From Paraspadella gotoi (lineage: Eukaryota > Animalia > Chaetognatha): a stretch of DNA of 64,000 nucleotides. A program made the position numbers and the translations under genes. Location: positions 18,928,615 to 18,992,614 of the forward strand of contig CM119268.1 in NCBI GenBank assembly GCA_051294375.1, written 5' to 3'. Of the stretch, positions 13,317 to 30,600 are shown one piece after another (positions within the stretch are counted from its first letter, which is position 1; every line of letters starts with the position of its first letter). Below the pieces are notes generated by a model. The model searched no databases. It was not told the origin of the DNA and was given only the letters and a program-made list of their open reading frames with translations.

Positions 13317-13785
13317 GCACAAACGATGACTGCTCAATGCTTAATGTGACAACAGACGCCTCTTCTGTTTCACAGTCGCATAGTTAGTGAGAAGTGGCAC
13401 TCCGTTTTACCACTTGTTTGATGATTCCGACCAGAGCGAATACAATGACGAGTACTAGATCACAGACAATCACGCCTCTTGCTTTCATTCGATTCACGAA
13501 TCACTAACCGTGAGGACCCCACATAACCTCACGACCTCACACAACGACAATTCCAAGAGACGACAATAGCAAAACGATACAACGACGCTTTTATACGAGA
13601 CCGACTGTAACGCCTTTACATGATCAGATGACCACAACACGTGACCATTAGAGTGGAGCACTGGAGAACATGAATTGTATTTGAGTGAACAAACAATGAT
13701 ATTTAAGCGTAAGATAGTATGATTAAGGAGTACAAAAATATTTTGCTTATATTGTTTAGGAAACAGCAGCATTTATTACAATATA

Positions 13786-14144
13786 TTTATAGTAATATCC
13801 TTATAAAATCATAAATTTTCAAAATAATTTTTTTTAAATCTTTATTAAAGATTCTGATTCTTCATAAAAAGTTAGATTAAAAATATAAAACCTGTTATTA
13901 AAAAATTCAATGTCTTCAGCATCCAAAATGAAAAAAAAGGTCAAATTCTCTACTTTTTTACGCGTTGTAATAAAAACTATTATGATGAAACGTTTTGGTC
14001 ATTTTTCGCAGCTTTGACTTAAAAATATTGTATAACATATTTTACAAAAGCTTTTCAGTTTTTTCTGGTAAATCCGAAACTGTTCTTAAAATTAAAAAAA
14101 TATGATTTTATACTTTTATGATTTTATAAGGATATTACTATAAA
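13786..14144. mobile_element. MITE-like element with perfect 30-bp inverted repeats, related to the 10891/41507 family
   Basis: tttatagtaatatccttataaaatcataaa (13786-13815) and its reverse complement (14115-14144); interior shares the gattctgat..cataaaaagtt motif. Confidence 0.7.
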
Positions 14145-14860
14145 AAAAATTCAATTAATGATACTGTTATGCAAATTTTTTTTAATAAAAGGGTTTAATT
14201 TTGTTTTATTATATTTAGAAAGGCAGCAAAAAAATATTGTTCTATCGCTCAATATTTTCATCACTCCACCCTAGTGACCAAAGGACCACATCGAGACGAC
14301 CACTGCTTTCCACGAGACACACGACTTTTCCCCCGCGTCTCGTTTATCGCGGATTTCTTTCCGCTCGACCGCCACTTTTCTTTTCTTTCCGCCCTTTTGT
14401 TTTTGTTTTTGTTTTTTTTTGTTGCTTTTTTTGTTTTTTTATTATTTTTTGTTTATGCTCTGCTTTCGTTTGTTTATGTCGTCCCGTTTCTTTTCAGCGT
14501 TGGTAGTTTAGTATTCTTTTTCTGTTTCATGGATTCGCTCTCTTTGGTCTGTTTTCTTCTTTGCTTGGCACAGAACGGATTGTAACTTGTATCTATTTAA
14601 AAATAATACAATTTTAAGACAGGCGACAAGAGATGAGATCTATATTAAACAATATTAAATATCAATATTAAAGTTACAATACTTCTTCCCAGGGATCTCG
14701 CCAAGCCAAAATCGACGCCATTTTAGGGTCCAGTTATCAAAGGTGAGTCATCGCCCTTACCCCTAACCCCTTAGCCCTTGCTCCCTTATCTTTTTGTACC
14801 CCATCCTAACCCTCAACGTCTTCCACCCATAACCCCCTCCCCTTTTTTTCATCCCCTCAG

Positions 14861-14987
14861 CCCCGCACGCACTCCGACCTCGGCACCGGAATCGCGTGAT
14901 TGGATACGCAACTTTCGGTCTCAGCCCGGCGGCGCCATCCAAAGATCTCTATCTCGGGAGTCGCCGGTTCGAGCCCTGCCTTCGGAG
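14861..14987 (+). CDS. Probable internal exon of an uncharacterised gene (frame ambiguous)
   Basis: cccctcag acceptor, gag|gtgagt donor, GC-rich; two reading frames are open. Confidence 0.45.
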
Positions 14988-15450
14988 GTGAGTTTTCCGA
15001 TGAAGAAGAGAAAAAAAAGGTTCCGTAATTAATTTTATGTTAAGTCTTAATAATTATATGTTCATCAATAATCGATTATCGCTACGATATTAGCGATTGC
15101 TCGTTTTGATTTCCGTACGACACCACGACACTGACGACGACGACGACGACGACGACGACCATGATGATTCCAACGTCGATGTATTTGCTTTCCTTTTTCT
15201 ATCGCCTCTATTGTTTACGCTCGAGTAGTTTCCTCTCACTTGTTTGTTATCGACGATTTCCATGACAACGAGATTGTTGAGTACGACGACGACGACGTTG
15301 TACGAAGGCGACGTAAGCGTAAAGGCGTCAACAATGACGCGGTTCCTCGACAACAAAGTACTAGCAAGTATCAGAATATCCCCCGCGGGACAAACTAGAA
15401 ATTTACTCGAAGCAAAATGGTGAATGAGCCAGAGATCTATTTATTATTAT

Positions 15451-15492
<42 letters not shown>

Positions 15493-17433
15493 TTAAATGA
15501 CAATTCTTCGGCCAAGTCTTTTCCACGTACCGTCGGTTCTGAAAAAGTTTTTCTCGTTCTTGAACTGCAGACTCAATCCCGTAGATCTGCACGGAAGAAT
15601 CTCATTTTCTTTTTCCTTATTTCTCTCATCGTCAGTTGACAAGTGAAAGAGTCAACCATGGATGAGGATAGATGTCCTAAGAGTAGCGATCAAAAACAAA
15701 AGACATTGCAACGAGTCCGGTTATCGAACCCGAACGTTGATCGCTTCCTCGGAGAGATAGAAGAAAAAGAAGGTCAGGCAAGCGAAGAAAAGAAAAAAAA
15801 AGAAAAGAAAAGAAAAGAAAAGAAAAGAAAAGAAAAGAAAAGAAAAGAAAAGAAAAGAAAAGAAAAGAAAAGAAAAGAAAAGAAAAGAACAAAAGAAAAC
15901 CAAACCAAAGAGATCAATGAAACCCATTAGAGAAAATAAAATACAAGAAAAATTTGAAGTTACTCAGTCTGCATTTTTTACGGTAGAGAAAAAAAAAACC
16001 CTTAAAATTATTGTTCTGGAAGAGTGAATCGCTGTCCCGAACGAAAAAAAAAAACAAAAACAAAACAAAAGAAGAAACTGTTTAGCTGGAAATTCTTAGC
16101 GAAACAAGAAGAAGTAAATTGAGCTGAAGACGAAAGAAAGAAGGTGATCAAGGCGAAGCGAAAAAAGGAGGAAATGGGAAGAGAGAGATAAGGAGAGGAA
16201 GGGAGAAGGAAAGAGAAAGGAATAAAAAAAAGGAAAAGGTGGAAGAAGGGAAAGATAAGGAGAATGATGGAGAGGAAAATAGGAAGAAAATTTAAAAAAA
16301 AGGAAAGGATGCAAAAGATGAAAATGAGGAATTTAATGGGACAGGAGAATTGGGCAAGAAATAGAAAGATGGAGAAAAAGTTGCTGAATCTCTCTCTAAA
16401 AGTGTTCCAAAGAAAAAGTTTACATGCAGTAATAGTTGCCGTCAATGGTAAAAATATTTTTACTGCGCCCCAATTTCATACTGATCTAATAAGTATATTA
16501 CTATAATTATTAATATGAAGATTTTAACGGTGATAGAGGTGGAAGAGCAATGAACAATAAAAACAATTAAATCTGGAACGAAATAAGTGGATAAAAATTT
16601 GGGGCACAAGCCATGTCAAAAAAATAGAAAGAACAAGAATTGATGGTTAAATATTGAGAAAAAAAAGGAAAGAAGTCATGAGAAAATAAGAGAAAGGTGT
16701 AAAGTGTTTTTCTAGTATCAATCTGTCCCCCGGGGAGAAACGGTGACAAGTGGGAGTGATAAGACAATCGGCAAAAAAAGGAAAAAAAAAAGGAAGAAAA
16801 CCGAAATGGATTCCTGGTTTTTTTTTCTCGGTCAACGAGGGAATTGAACGAAGACCGAAACCGGACTTCCGCCCCATTTTGCCGGATGACCCGGACCGAG
16901 GGAGCCGGCCGGACGAGTCCTCCTTTCCGGAAATGTCTCGGGACGGATACATGAGAAAATAGAGAGAGATAGAAAAAAGGGAGAGAGAAACAGAGGAAGA
17001 AAGAAAGAGAGAGAATTTGAATTTGAATTTGNNNNNNNNNNNNNNGGAGAGAGAGAATTTGGTACTGATTCCATTTGAAGGACGGACCCCAGGATTATTG
17101 ATTTTGGATTATGTGTTATATAAACTGGTGGACAGATATTTTTCAGGTTCGGAGGGAAAAGTCGGGTTAAGAAGAAGGGAAAAAGAAAAGAAAGAAATTT
17201 TGTCCCAAGGATTTCACTTTTGACCTTTTTTTCTGAATAGAAAAATTACTGCTGCAGGCAGTAAGTTTCAAAAATAACTTTTCCTTTATAATTGCTTTCT
17301 ATACATGACAGAAATGCTCAGCCTGTTCATTTCGTANNNNNNNNNNNNNNNNNNNNNNNNNTTACACGTGCCGAGAGATGTGTTACATCGACTGTTATGT
17401 ATGGGACGCAGCGCTGTATCTTAAATCACAGGA

Positions 17434-21125
<3,692 letters not shown>

Positions 21126-21698
21126 CATTAGAAACAATAACAACGATAACATCATCAGAAACAGCAGAAGCTTCGAAAACAATCCCACTAAATTTGCTGT
21201 ACATATGCCTACTGTCGAGAAATTCTGACTACAGCCGAAAGGGAATATCTTCTTATCTCATTCTCTCTCTTTCTCGATCTGTTCTCACTCCTGCGCCCGT
21301 TTTGCGCGCACATTACGTGCGCGTGTGGGCGATACACGAGACGCACGTGCGCAAGAAATTCGAGAGCAGCGATCTTTGGGATACTTGTTCGCGCGGGAGA
21401 AAAATGTGCGAATAAAACTTAAAATCGTTAAATAATCAACAAAAAAGTAAACAAAAACATACAAACAAAGCATAAAAATATATTTTCTAATTCCAAAGAA
21501 TTATGTATACCAATTACGTATACCAATTATGTGTACCAATTTCATATATATAGTAAAGTTCACGCCGATTTTATCTTACCATGGATTAACAACCTCACGC
21601 AAATTTTGACTCGTATTCGTTGATCCACGAAATAATTAATTTTTCTTAAATCTCAAGAATTGAATCGTTTTATCGTCCGTCATAAACGTTTCCTCATC

Positions 21699-24600
21699 AT
21701 GGACGCTGTCGCCGCAGATATCGACGCTGGCGTCGTTCCGGCTGAGCGCTCCTGCGCCGCCGCACCCTCTGACCATTCCGCCGCCTTCGCCTCCGCTTCC
21801 GCTTCCGCCTTCGCTTCCGCTTCCGCCTCCGCCGGTACCGCTCAACCTATCGCTTCCTCGCCAGACCCAGTCGAGCCGGAGGACGGTTCCCGCTTCCGCA
21901 GATCCGTCAAAGACATGATTCGTTTTTTCAGCGGAGGATTCGGCACATCCAAGTCGCCATCGCCCACAACGACCCCATCGCCTAAAATCCTACGCAAATC
22001 GGCTTTTTCCTCCCGATCGGCTTCATGCCCACCGTCTCAGCAACCCGAGAAGCTCGGTCAGCCGCCGTCTCATCAGCAGCAACCATGGAGCTTTCTCCAG
22101 CAGCAAAAATGGCGTAAGAAGCAGCAGCAAGAAGTCGCTGCTGAGATCGTTGACGTCGTGTCGTCCAGTCAGAGGCCAGCAGCAATTGGTATCCAGGACG
22201 AAAATATCGAAGAGACCGGCGGTATTTGGATAGGTTATGAAAAAGATGAATTTGTCAGAGACGATGGCTTGGAATGGGTTGACCGCAATGATCCTTTCCA
22301 ACAAGGTTTTGTTCGTTCCGTTTCGCCCGAAGGTTTAGCCACTGTGGAGGAGCAAGAAGAGATGTGGGCAAGGTCAGAAGCCAGGGTTCACGGTCGTATC
22401 GAAGTAAGCGAGATGAGCAGCAGTCATGGGGATGGCATGTTCCTTACTCGGTCCGAAGCCATTGATCAAGACTATGGATTTGATGGGTTTGGTCAAGCAG
22501 CTTTACCTGCTTTTGATAGAGACTATGGAGTCAGTTGGAATGATGATAAGAATTTGACAACAACCGGCATCAATCCTCCCAACTATCCGGACAACCGAAA
22601 CGATTGCTCCAATCAAGTTTTTACGAAGTCTGTTTCTCCGGCCTTTGATCGCTCTAGCCAAGCCGCTGCTGATGCCGTAGCAGCATGCGCAGCTGCCGTA
22701 GCCGCCGCCGAAGACTCGGAGGATCTATCTGATCGACATCCAATTCTATTCAGACGAGCTCAAAGTTTAGACCAGAGAGTTTTGGCAGATATGGCCGGGC
22801 AGAGGATTCAACCCATTGAAGAAGAGAGAAAGAGGCCAAAAAGTGATGTCATAGACATTTCTGATAATTTGGTTGAATCAAAGATGAGCTGCGAAGTTCG
22901 TTCTGTTACCGATCAAGAACTTATGGACTATTATGCAAAGATTCATGATCAGTGTGTGCATTCGGAATATCCCAATGCTGATCCTCAAGTATTATCTCAT
23001 TCTCCAATGAATTTAAATAATTGCCTAATTGATACTATGCCATCTGCATTGAAGCAATCTTCATCATCAACACATCGATCATCTTTGAGAATGGAGGTCA
23101 ATGTTGAAAAGTCTGCGCAAATTTTAAATGAATCTTCATTAAAGACAGAAACCTCCACTAAACAGACAGTCACATCAAAGCTGCTCGGAGAAGCTTCATC
23201 GAGAACTCTGCCACCTGCATTATCTCCAAAATCAAAAGCAGCAACCACATCATCAGTTCTTTTAGCAGAATCCTCAGTTTCAACATCAGCATCAACTGTC
23301 TCTTCTAGAACACTGCCACCGGCTTTATCCCCGAAGTCAAAATCATGCACTTCAGCTCCGGCTTCTGAAATAAAGTTGGTTTCATCATCATCATCAAAAT
23401 TGCCACCAGCATTGTCACCAAAACCCAAGACTCTTACAAAGTCAGTAACATCATCATCAGTTTCACATTCTTCTAATATTTCATCTTCACCAACGAATGA
23501 GTTAATAAAAACTAAGTCAGCAGTACAAATAGATTCAGATCCTAAGTTTAAAATAGGTATAAGTGATGAACTTAAAACTGTTACTGATAGTATTGAAAAA
23601 ACAAATGATTTTAAACAAATTGACAAGCTAATAGATAATAAAAAAGATGACAAAATTCTTCCAAAACCGGAAATTAAATCTGATAACTCTGATGTGGATT
23701 TATCTTTTAAGATAGAAATGAGTGACTCGGGAGGAAATCTTCACAGTAAAAAGCCTAAATCAAAGGAAAAGGAACGAAAGAGAATGGAAAAAAGGGTGGT
23801 TCAATTTGCAGAAGAAAAAAATAAGACCAATAGCAACATTCACCCTGAAGAAGTCTTAGTTGATAAAATGATAAGTGACAATAATGAAAAAAAAATTCCA
23901 AAAATATCAGGCAAAGAATCAACAAGTGATTCTGATAAAGCTGAGACAAATAAGACTACCAAAGAAACTTCTAAGATTAAGGGAGAAGAATCCAAAGAGA
24001 AAGATATTTCCAAAAGAGGACCTACTGAAAGCCATCGTAAAGAAGCAAAAAAGAGTTCTGCACCTGAAAATGAGTTAGAAAAAAATGAAAAAAGTAGAAA
24101 AGAAAAACGAACCTCTCCTAAATCTGAAGAAAATGTACAGATGAAAAGGCATAATTCAACAGAGAGAAAAAAAAAAGAAAGAAGTCAATTCATTGAAAAA
24201 AGTGCTGTTACAAAAAAAGAGATTGGCAAAATTTCAGCAGAAAAATATGAAAGTTACATGCAAGAAAATAAAATAGATGACACTAAAAAAAAACATGTTA
24301 GTAAAACTAATGAAGGCAAGAAAGGTATCATTAAAAGTTGGTATGATCAAACGATAGGTCATATAACAGATGACTCAAAAAATGATGACAGTTTGTTGGG
24401 TAAAAATGAACAATTGGATAAGATGTTTCATATGAAAAACACTACTGACCATCATGAAAACGCAATAGTGAATAAAACTCCAGAAATTATAAAGGGTATT
24501 CTAAAAAATGGGACTGGAAAGCGAGACTCCTTCAAAATTGGTGAGAGTAGTATTCTAAATTTAAATGAAGGAAATAAGGCAATCGAAGTTTCCCAGAAAG

Positions 24601-27600
24601 ATGACCTCAAAACAGTTACTCCTTCTAATGGGAGTGATCATAATATAATTGTTAAAAAACATCGTGATAAGTCGCCCTCAGATAAGCATAAAAAAAGAAT
24701 TCCAGAAATAAACATAGGCGACATTGGGAAAAAAAGTAATTTGGTAGAAAAAGAGAAAAGTAAAAAAATTAGCAAAACTGTTGAAAAACAGGAGACTGAT
24801 GTAAAAAATATTGATAAGTCTGGAAATCTAGAAAAAGAATCAAAAGAAAAAAGTTTAAAACATAAAAACGTTTTAGACAAAAACACAAACAATGAAGCAA
24901 GTAATGTAATTAGTAGTAAAGAAAAAGAACATGTCGGGGAAAAAATAAAGAGTAGTTCGAAAGAAATAAAACGAACAGGAAGTAAACATGGTACTGATAA
25001 AGGTTTACCTCATCACCTTGAATCTGGGAAAAAAGATAAAACTGTAATTGGTGATACTGAAAGCCAAGAGGGAAAAAGGTCAGAAATATCATCCGAAATT
25101 AATTTTGATCTTGCTCAGAGCAATAACCTTCATTCAAAAAAGAAAAGTTCAAGAGATAAAAAGGCTGAAAAAGTTTCAAGCAATGGTCAAAGTAAACATG
25201 AAGTAACCACTTTAAAGGATAAAGAAATCAAATTAATTGTCAAAACTGATGAAAATAGCATAGTAAAAAATGAAACTAAAAAAAGAGAAGCTGAAGGAAG
25301 AAAACAAAAAAATGAATTGTCTATTGATTCAATAAAAAGTAAAACCAAAAAACGAGAAAATATAAAAGATGATGATAAAAGTAGTAACAGTCTCTCCATC
25401 AAAATTAAGCAACAGAGATCTGATGTAGATAGTAGACAAAACATCATCCAAGGTTCTGATCAAGTTATAGAAAAAGAAGATTTTCTTCCTGATTTTGGAA
25501 TTGATGTAGATGAGAGTCAACATTTACACTCAAAGAAACCAAGTTCAAAAGCAAATAAAAACCTTAATTCAGACACAAATAGTTCTTCTACAAACATGGA
25601 ATTAAAAAAAAATTCCATTAAGCAACCTGATAACCCAAAATACATATTAGATACATATGAAAACATTAATGCAGAAAATGAAAAAAAAAATAATGATTCT
25701 TTAACAGTAAAAAATTTTTTGACTACTAATTCTTCAAGGAAAATTGATAAAAACGCGTCACTTGATCTTGAGATCAGCAAAAAAGATAACAGCATGAAGG
25801 AAGTTCAACCTTCCTTTTATGCAATAGAGCCTTCTTTAAAGTTAGATTTGAAAGATAAAAAGCAAGTTGATAAAGCAGTTACGGCTTCTCCAAAACCTAA
25901 AAAAAGTATTGAAAAAAATGTACCTATAAAAATTGATACTAATAGCTTAGAATCAATTAAAAACAATGATCAATGTTTAACTGGAGAAAGTAAAAATAAA
26001 AAAATGATAAAAAGTGAACATGAACTCTTTATTAAAACTGTACCTGATAACCTTCAAGGTAGTATTACAAAAACTAACAATGAGAAAATTGAATTTAATA
26101 AAAACTTTATTCATCAACTGGAATTTGGCACCCAGATTTCTCCAGATTCTGAAAAAATTGAAGAGTATTCTTCTCTAGAAATTCCTGTTGATATGGATCA
26201 AAGTGAAAACTTGCATTCAAAAAAAATAAGTAAAAAAGCTAAAAATAAAGCTGATGATAATACAAATATAGACATTCCCACAATAGAAAATAAAAACAAT
26301 AGATTAGATATTGATGAAAGCAAAGAAAAAAATCATGAAATACATAAAATAAAAGAAACAAATTCACAAAAAGATTTGGAAAATAGTATGGAGATTAAAG
26401 GAAATGATTCAGAAAATTTTACAGTGAAAACAAGTCTCAAAATTCCTTTAGCGATAGAATCAGATACAACATGTGATTTAAATGCAAAAGAGTTACTTTT
26501 GAATGAAAAAATGACAGAAACAAACTCTATTAGCTCTGACAAGTTAAGAATTGATACAAATTCATTCATAAAGTTAGACACAATAACAAATAATTTAGAT
26601 TCACCCTTACCTATTCAATCAAATTTAATAGCTGACAGAAATACAAAAGAATTGATCCTTGATTCAATTATTTCGGAGTCTGATTCTTACTCAGAAATTG
26701 TGTTTAACAAACCTCAATTTGATATCAGTTCATATGTTAAATCACCTATTAATTTGGATCTTAATTCAGATTTAAACTCTAGTATTTTAGAAAATACTTC
26801 TATTATACCACAGGATACATCTATAATTAAAGATGATAAAAACCTGACAGAAGATTCTGTTCCAACGGATTCACTAATGATTAGTACTCTAAAAACATAT
26901 AAGTGTGGAGATATAAATTCAGCTGCAGATTTGGGTGATGTCCTGGAAAATGATTTAAAATCAATGTCAGATCTTAACACAGACAAGCCACGATTTGATT
27001 TACAGTCATTTATAAAGTCAGATTCAATGACTTCAAATCTAGAAATTCCCTTAACTTCCAAATTGAATTTTATTCCTGATACAATTGAAAATGATAGATA
27101 TTTAGATCCAATAAATATAGAATCTGATTTAAAATCTAACTATATTCCAGAAAAAACACATTTTGATATCAACTCATACTTAAAGTCTTCTGTAAATACA
27201 GAACTACACTCGGAAATTGAATCAAGTACAAATGATATTATAAATGTCGCTCCATCAGTTGTAAGTGTTGATAATTCGATAAATAATGACATAAATAAAA
27301 TAAAAGAAATACAGAATAGAGATAATACAGACTTATTGGTAAATCATGAAGCCATTCATATCCAAAAAGAAGTAGATGAGCAAGAAAAGTTTATGATGAC
27401 ACCCAACAAAGTAAATGCACAAGTATCAGGTTATTATGTTGAAAACCTTGAAGGAAATTATAATGGTTTTATTGAAGTCAAGTCCGATTCATCAGAAAAT
27501 GTATTCAGTAAAAAAACCTTTCAAACAGGCAAAGCTGACAATGATTCATCCATCATGTCAAATCTCACACAAGATATACCTGAAGAGAAACTTCGATTTG

Positions 27601-30600
27601 ATCTTAACTCATACATTAATACAAATTCTTTGATGACAAATCTGGAAATGCCCATGGAAAAATTGGAAAATGTAAATTATGAAAGAAACAAAGAAAATTT
27701 GGTTATAGATTCTTTAAACTTTGAAACTGAATTAGAATCAGAAACGGCTAAGACTGTAGAAAAGCCTCATTTTGATGTTAGCTCTTATATTCAATCATCT
27801 ATGAATATGGACCTAGATTCAAACTTAAATTCAAGTGCTCCTGCCATTGATGGTTCTGTGGGTGAAAATGCAACCATTGATAGATATAATTTAATATCTG
27901 ATACTATGAATTTTTCGAAGGATCACATTACAATTGATAATCCTAAAATTATTTTACAAAATCAAGAAAATATATTTACATTGGACGATAATGTAACTGA
28001 TCAAAATCTTCAAATTATGGATGTTTCAAAAAATGTTGATGATATTAATTTAAATATTACTCAGGGCAAGACGATAAATGATCTATTTATTAATTCAAAC
28101 GATAAGAAGCCTTATGTCAGCTCAAACAAGCCGAGATTTGATGTAAACTCATACATACAGTCAAATGCATTGGTAGAAAATTTTGAACTTTCTTCAACTG
28201 ATGTATCAAATAATAACTCTGAATTAAATAAAAAAGATAATTTACACATTGATTCACTTAATTTTGAAGGTGAATTTGGCCAAGAGACTTTTGTTAGCCA
28301 AGATAAGCCACGCTTCAATATTGATTCATACATCAAATCAACTATGAGATTGGACCAAATTTCAGATAAAACCAATGTGATGCAAGATATTAGCTCAGAC
28401 AAACCTAGATTTGATGTAAACTCATACATACAGTCAAATGCATTGGTAGAAAATTTAGAACTTTCTTCAGCTGATGAATCAAATATTAACTCTGAATTAA
28501 ATAAAAAAGATAATTTACACATTGATTCACTTAATTTTGAAGGTGAATTTGGCCAGGAGAATTTTGTTAGCCAAGATAAGCCACGATTCAATATTGATTC
28601 ATACATCAAATCAACTATGAGATTGGACCAAATTTCAGATAAAACCAATGTGATGCAAGATATTAGCTCAGACAAACCTAGATTTGATGTAAACTCATAC
28701 ATACAGTCGAATGCATTGGTAGAAAATTTAGAACTTTCTTCAGCTGATGAATCAAATATTAACTCTGAATTAAATAAAAAAGATAATTTACACATTGATT
28801 CACTTAATTTTGAAGGTGAATTTGGCCAAGAGACTTTTGTTAGCCAAGATAAGCCACGCTTCAATATTGATTCATACATAAAATCAACTATTAGTTTGGA
28901 CAAAATTTCAGATAAAACCAGTGTGTTGCAAGATATTAGCTCAGATAAACCTAGATTTGATGTAAACTCATACATACAGTCAAATGCATTGGTAGAAAAT
29001 TTAGAACTTTCTTCAGCTGATGAATCAAATATTAACTCTGAATTAAATAAAAAAGATAATTTACACATTGATTCACTTAATTTTGAAGGTGAATTTTGCC
29101 AAGAGACTTTTGTTAGCCAAGATAAGCCACGCTTCAATATTGATTCTTACATAAAATCAACTATTAGTTTGGACAAAATTTCAGATAAAACCAATGTGTT
29201 GCAAGATATTAGCTCAGACAAACCTAGATTTGATGTAAACTCATACTTACAGTCAAATGCATTGGTAGAAAATTTAGAACTTTCTTCAGCTGATGAATCG
29301 AATAATAACTCTGAATTAAATGAAAAAGAGAATTTACACATTGATTCACTTAATTTTGAAGGTGAATTTGGCCAAGAGACTTTTGTTAGCCAAGATAAGC
29401 CACGCTTCAATATTGATTCTTACATAAAATCAACTATGAGTTTGGATCAAATTTCAGATAAAACCGATGTGATGCCTGATATTAGCTCAGACGAACTTAG
29501 ATTTGATGTAGACTCGAACATGCAGTCAAATGCATTGGTAGAAAAGTCAGAACTTTCTTCAGCTGATGAATCCAATATTAATTTTAAATTAAATAAAAAA
29601 GAAAATTTTCATTTTGATTCGCAAAATTATGATAAAGAGAATTTTGTTGGCCATGATAAGCCACACTTTGATATTGATTCTAAAAAAAATTCAACGATAA
29701 GTTTGAATACAAATTTAAATATTGATTCAAATGTAAAAAAATCAGGTTCTATATCTGCATTATCTCCCATTATGATATCTAAAGATGTAGAAAGTAAAAA
29801 ATATTCTATATTACTTTCTCAAGATATTTTGAAAGAAGATAGGCAGAATGCTAAATTTATTGAAACTGAATTAGAAAATATAAAAATTGCAGAAATTGAT
29901 CTAAAGGATAAATTAAAAAATGAAAATAAAAATGGTGAATACATTAATGGAATTAATTTTAATACAGAAAAATCAAAAAGCACAATGGAAGGTTCTGACA
30001 TACTAACGATTGATAAGTTTTTGCTGTATAACAAAAACTCTGAAGATGAAAAAACTGATAAAATGGGAGAAGAAAAAAGTTATGTAGAAAATAAAGCTAA
30101 AATTGTTAATACCAAAATTCTTAAAAGTGACAACAAAGCTTTTAAGACTGAGAATGAAACTATCACTGAAGACACCATTGGAAGTATATGTAGTATTGAA
30201 AAACATAATGATGAGAATGAAATACAGATTTTAAATATTAAAAAATTTGGTCAAGATGTTGAAAAACCAAATGATCATAGCATGAATTTAACCACTCATC
30301 ATTTTGAAACGATTGAGTGTAATTCAGGTGATAAAAATGTACAAAATACCACCGAATCTGATAGCAGTATAAAGCTTGATTTGATAAATGCTCAAATAGA
30401 GAGAGATAAAACTTTCCGTCAAATTCTTGAAAGAGTTGAAAAATTAGAAAGATCAAGAAGTTTGAGAGAGTCTAGAAAACCAATATCCATTATTCCAAAG
30501 CAACGGTCTATAGAACTTGAAGAGATGAATCTCGCTAAAGTAAAAAAGCTTCAACAAGAAAGTAAAACATTTTCTTCAAATTCTTCAAATTCTAATTCTT

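Noticed and set aside
22997-29410. Antisense ORFs (218 aa, 341 aa, etc.) within the giant exon
   Set aside because: Shadows of the sense ORF and its tandem repeat
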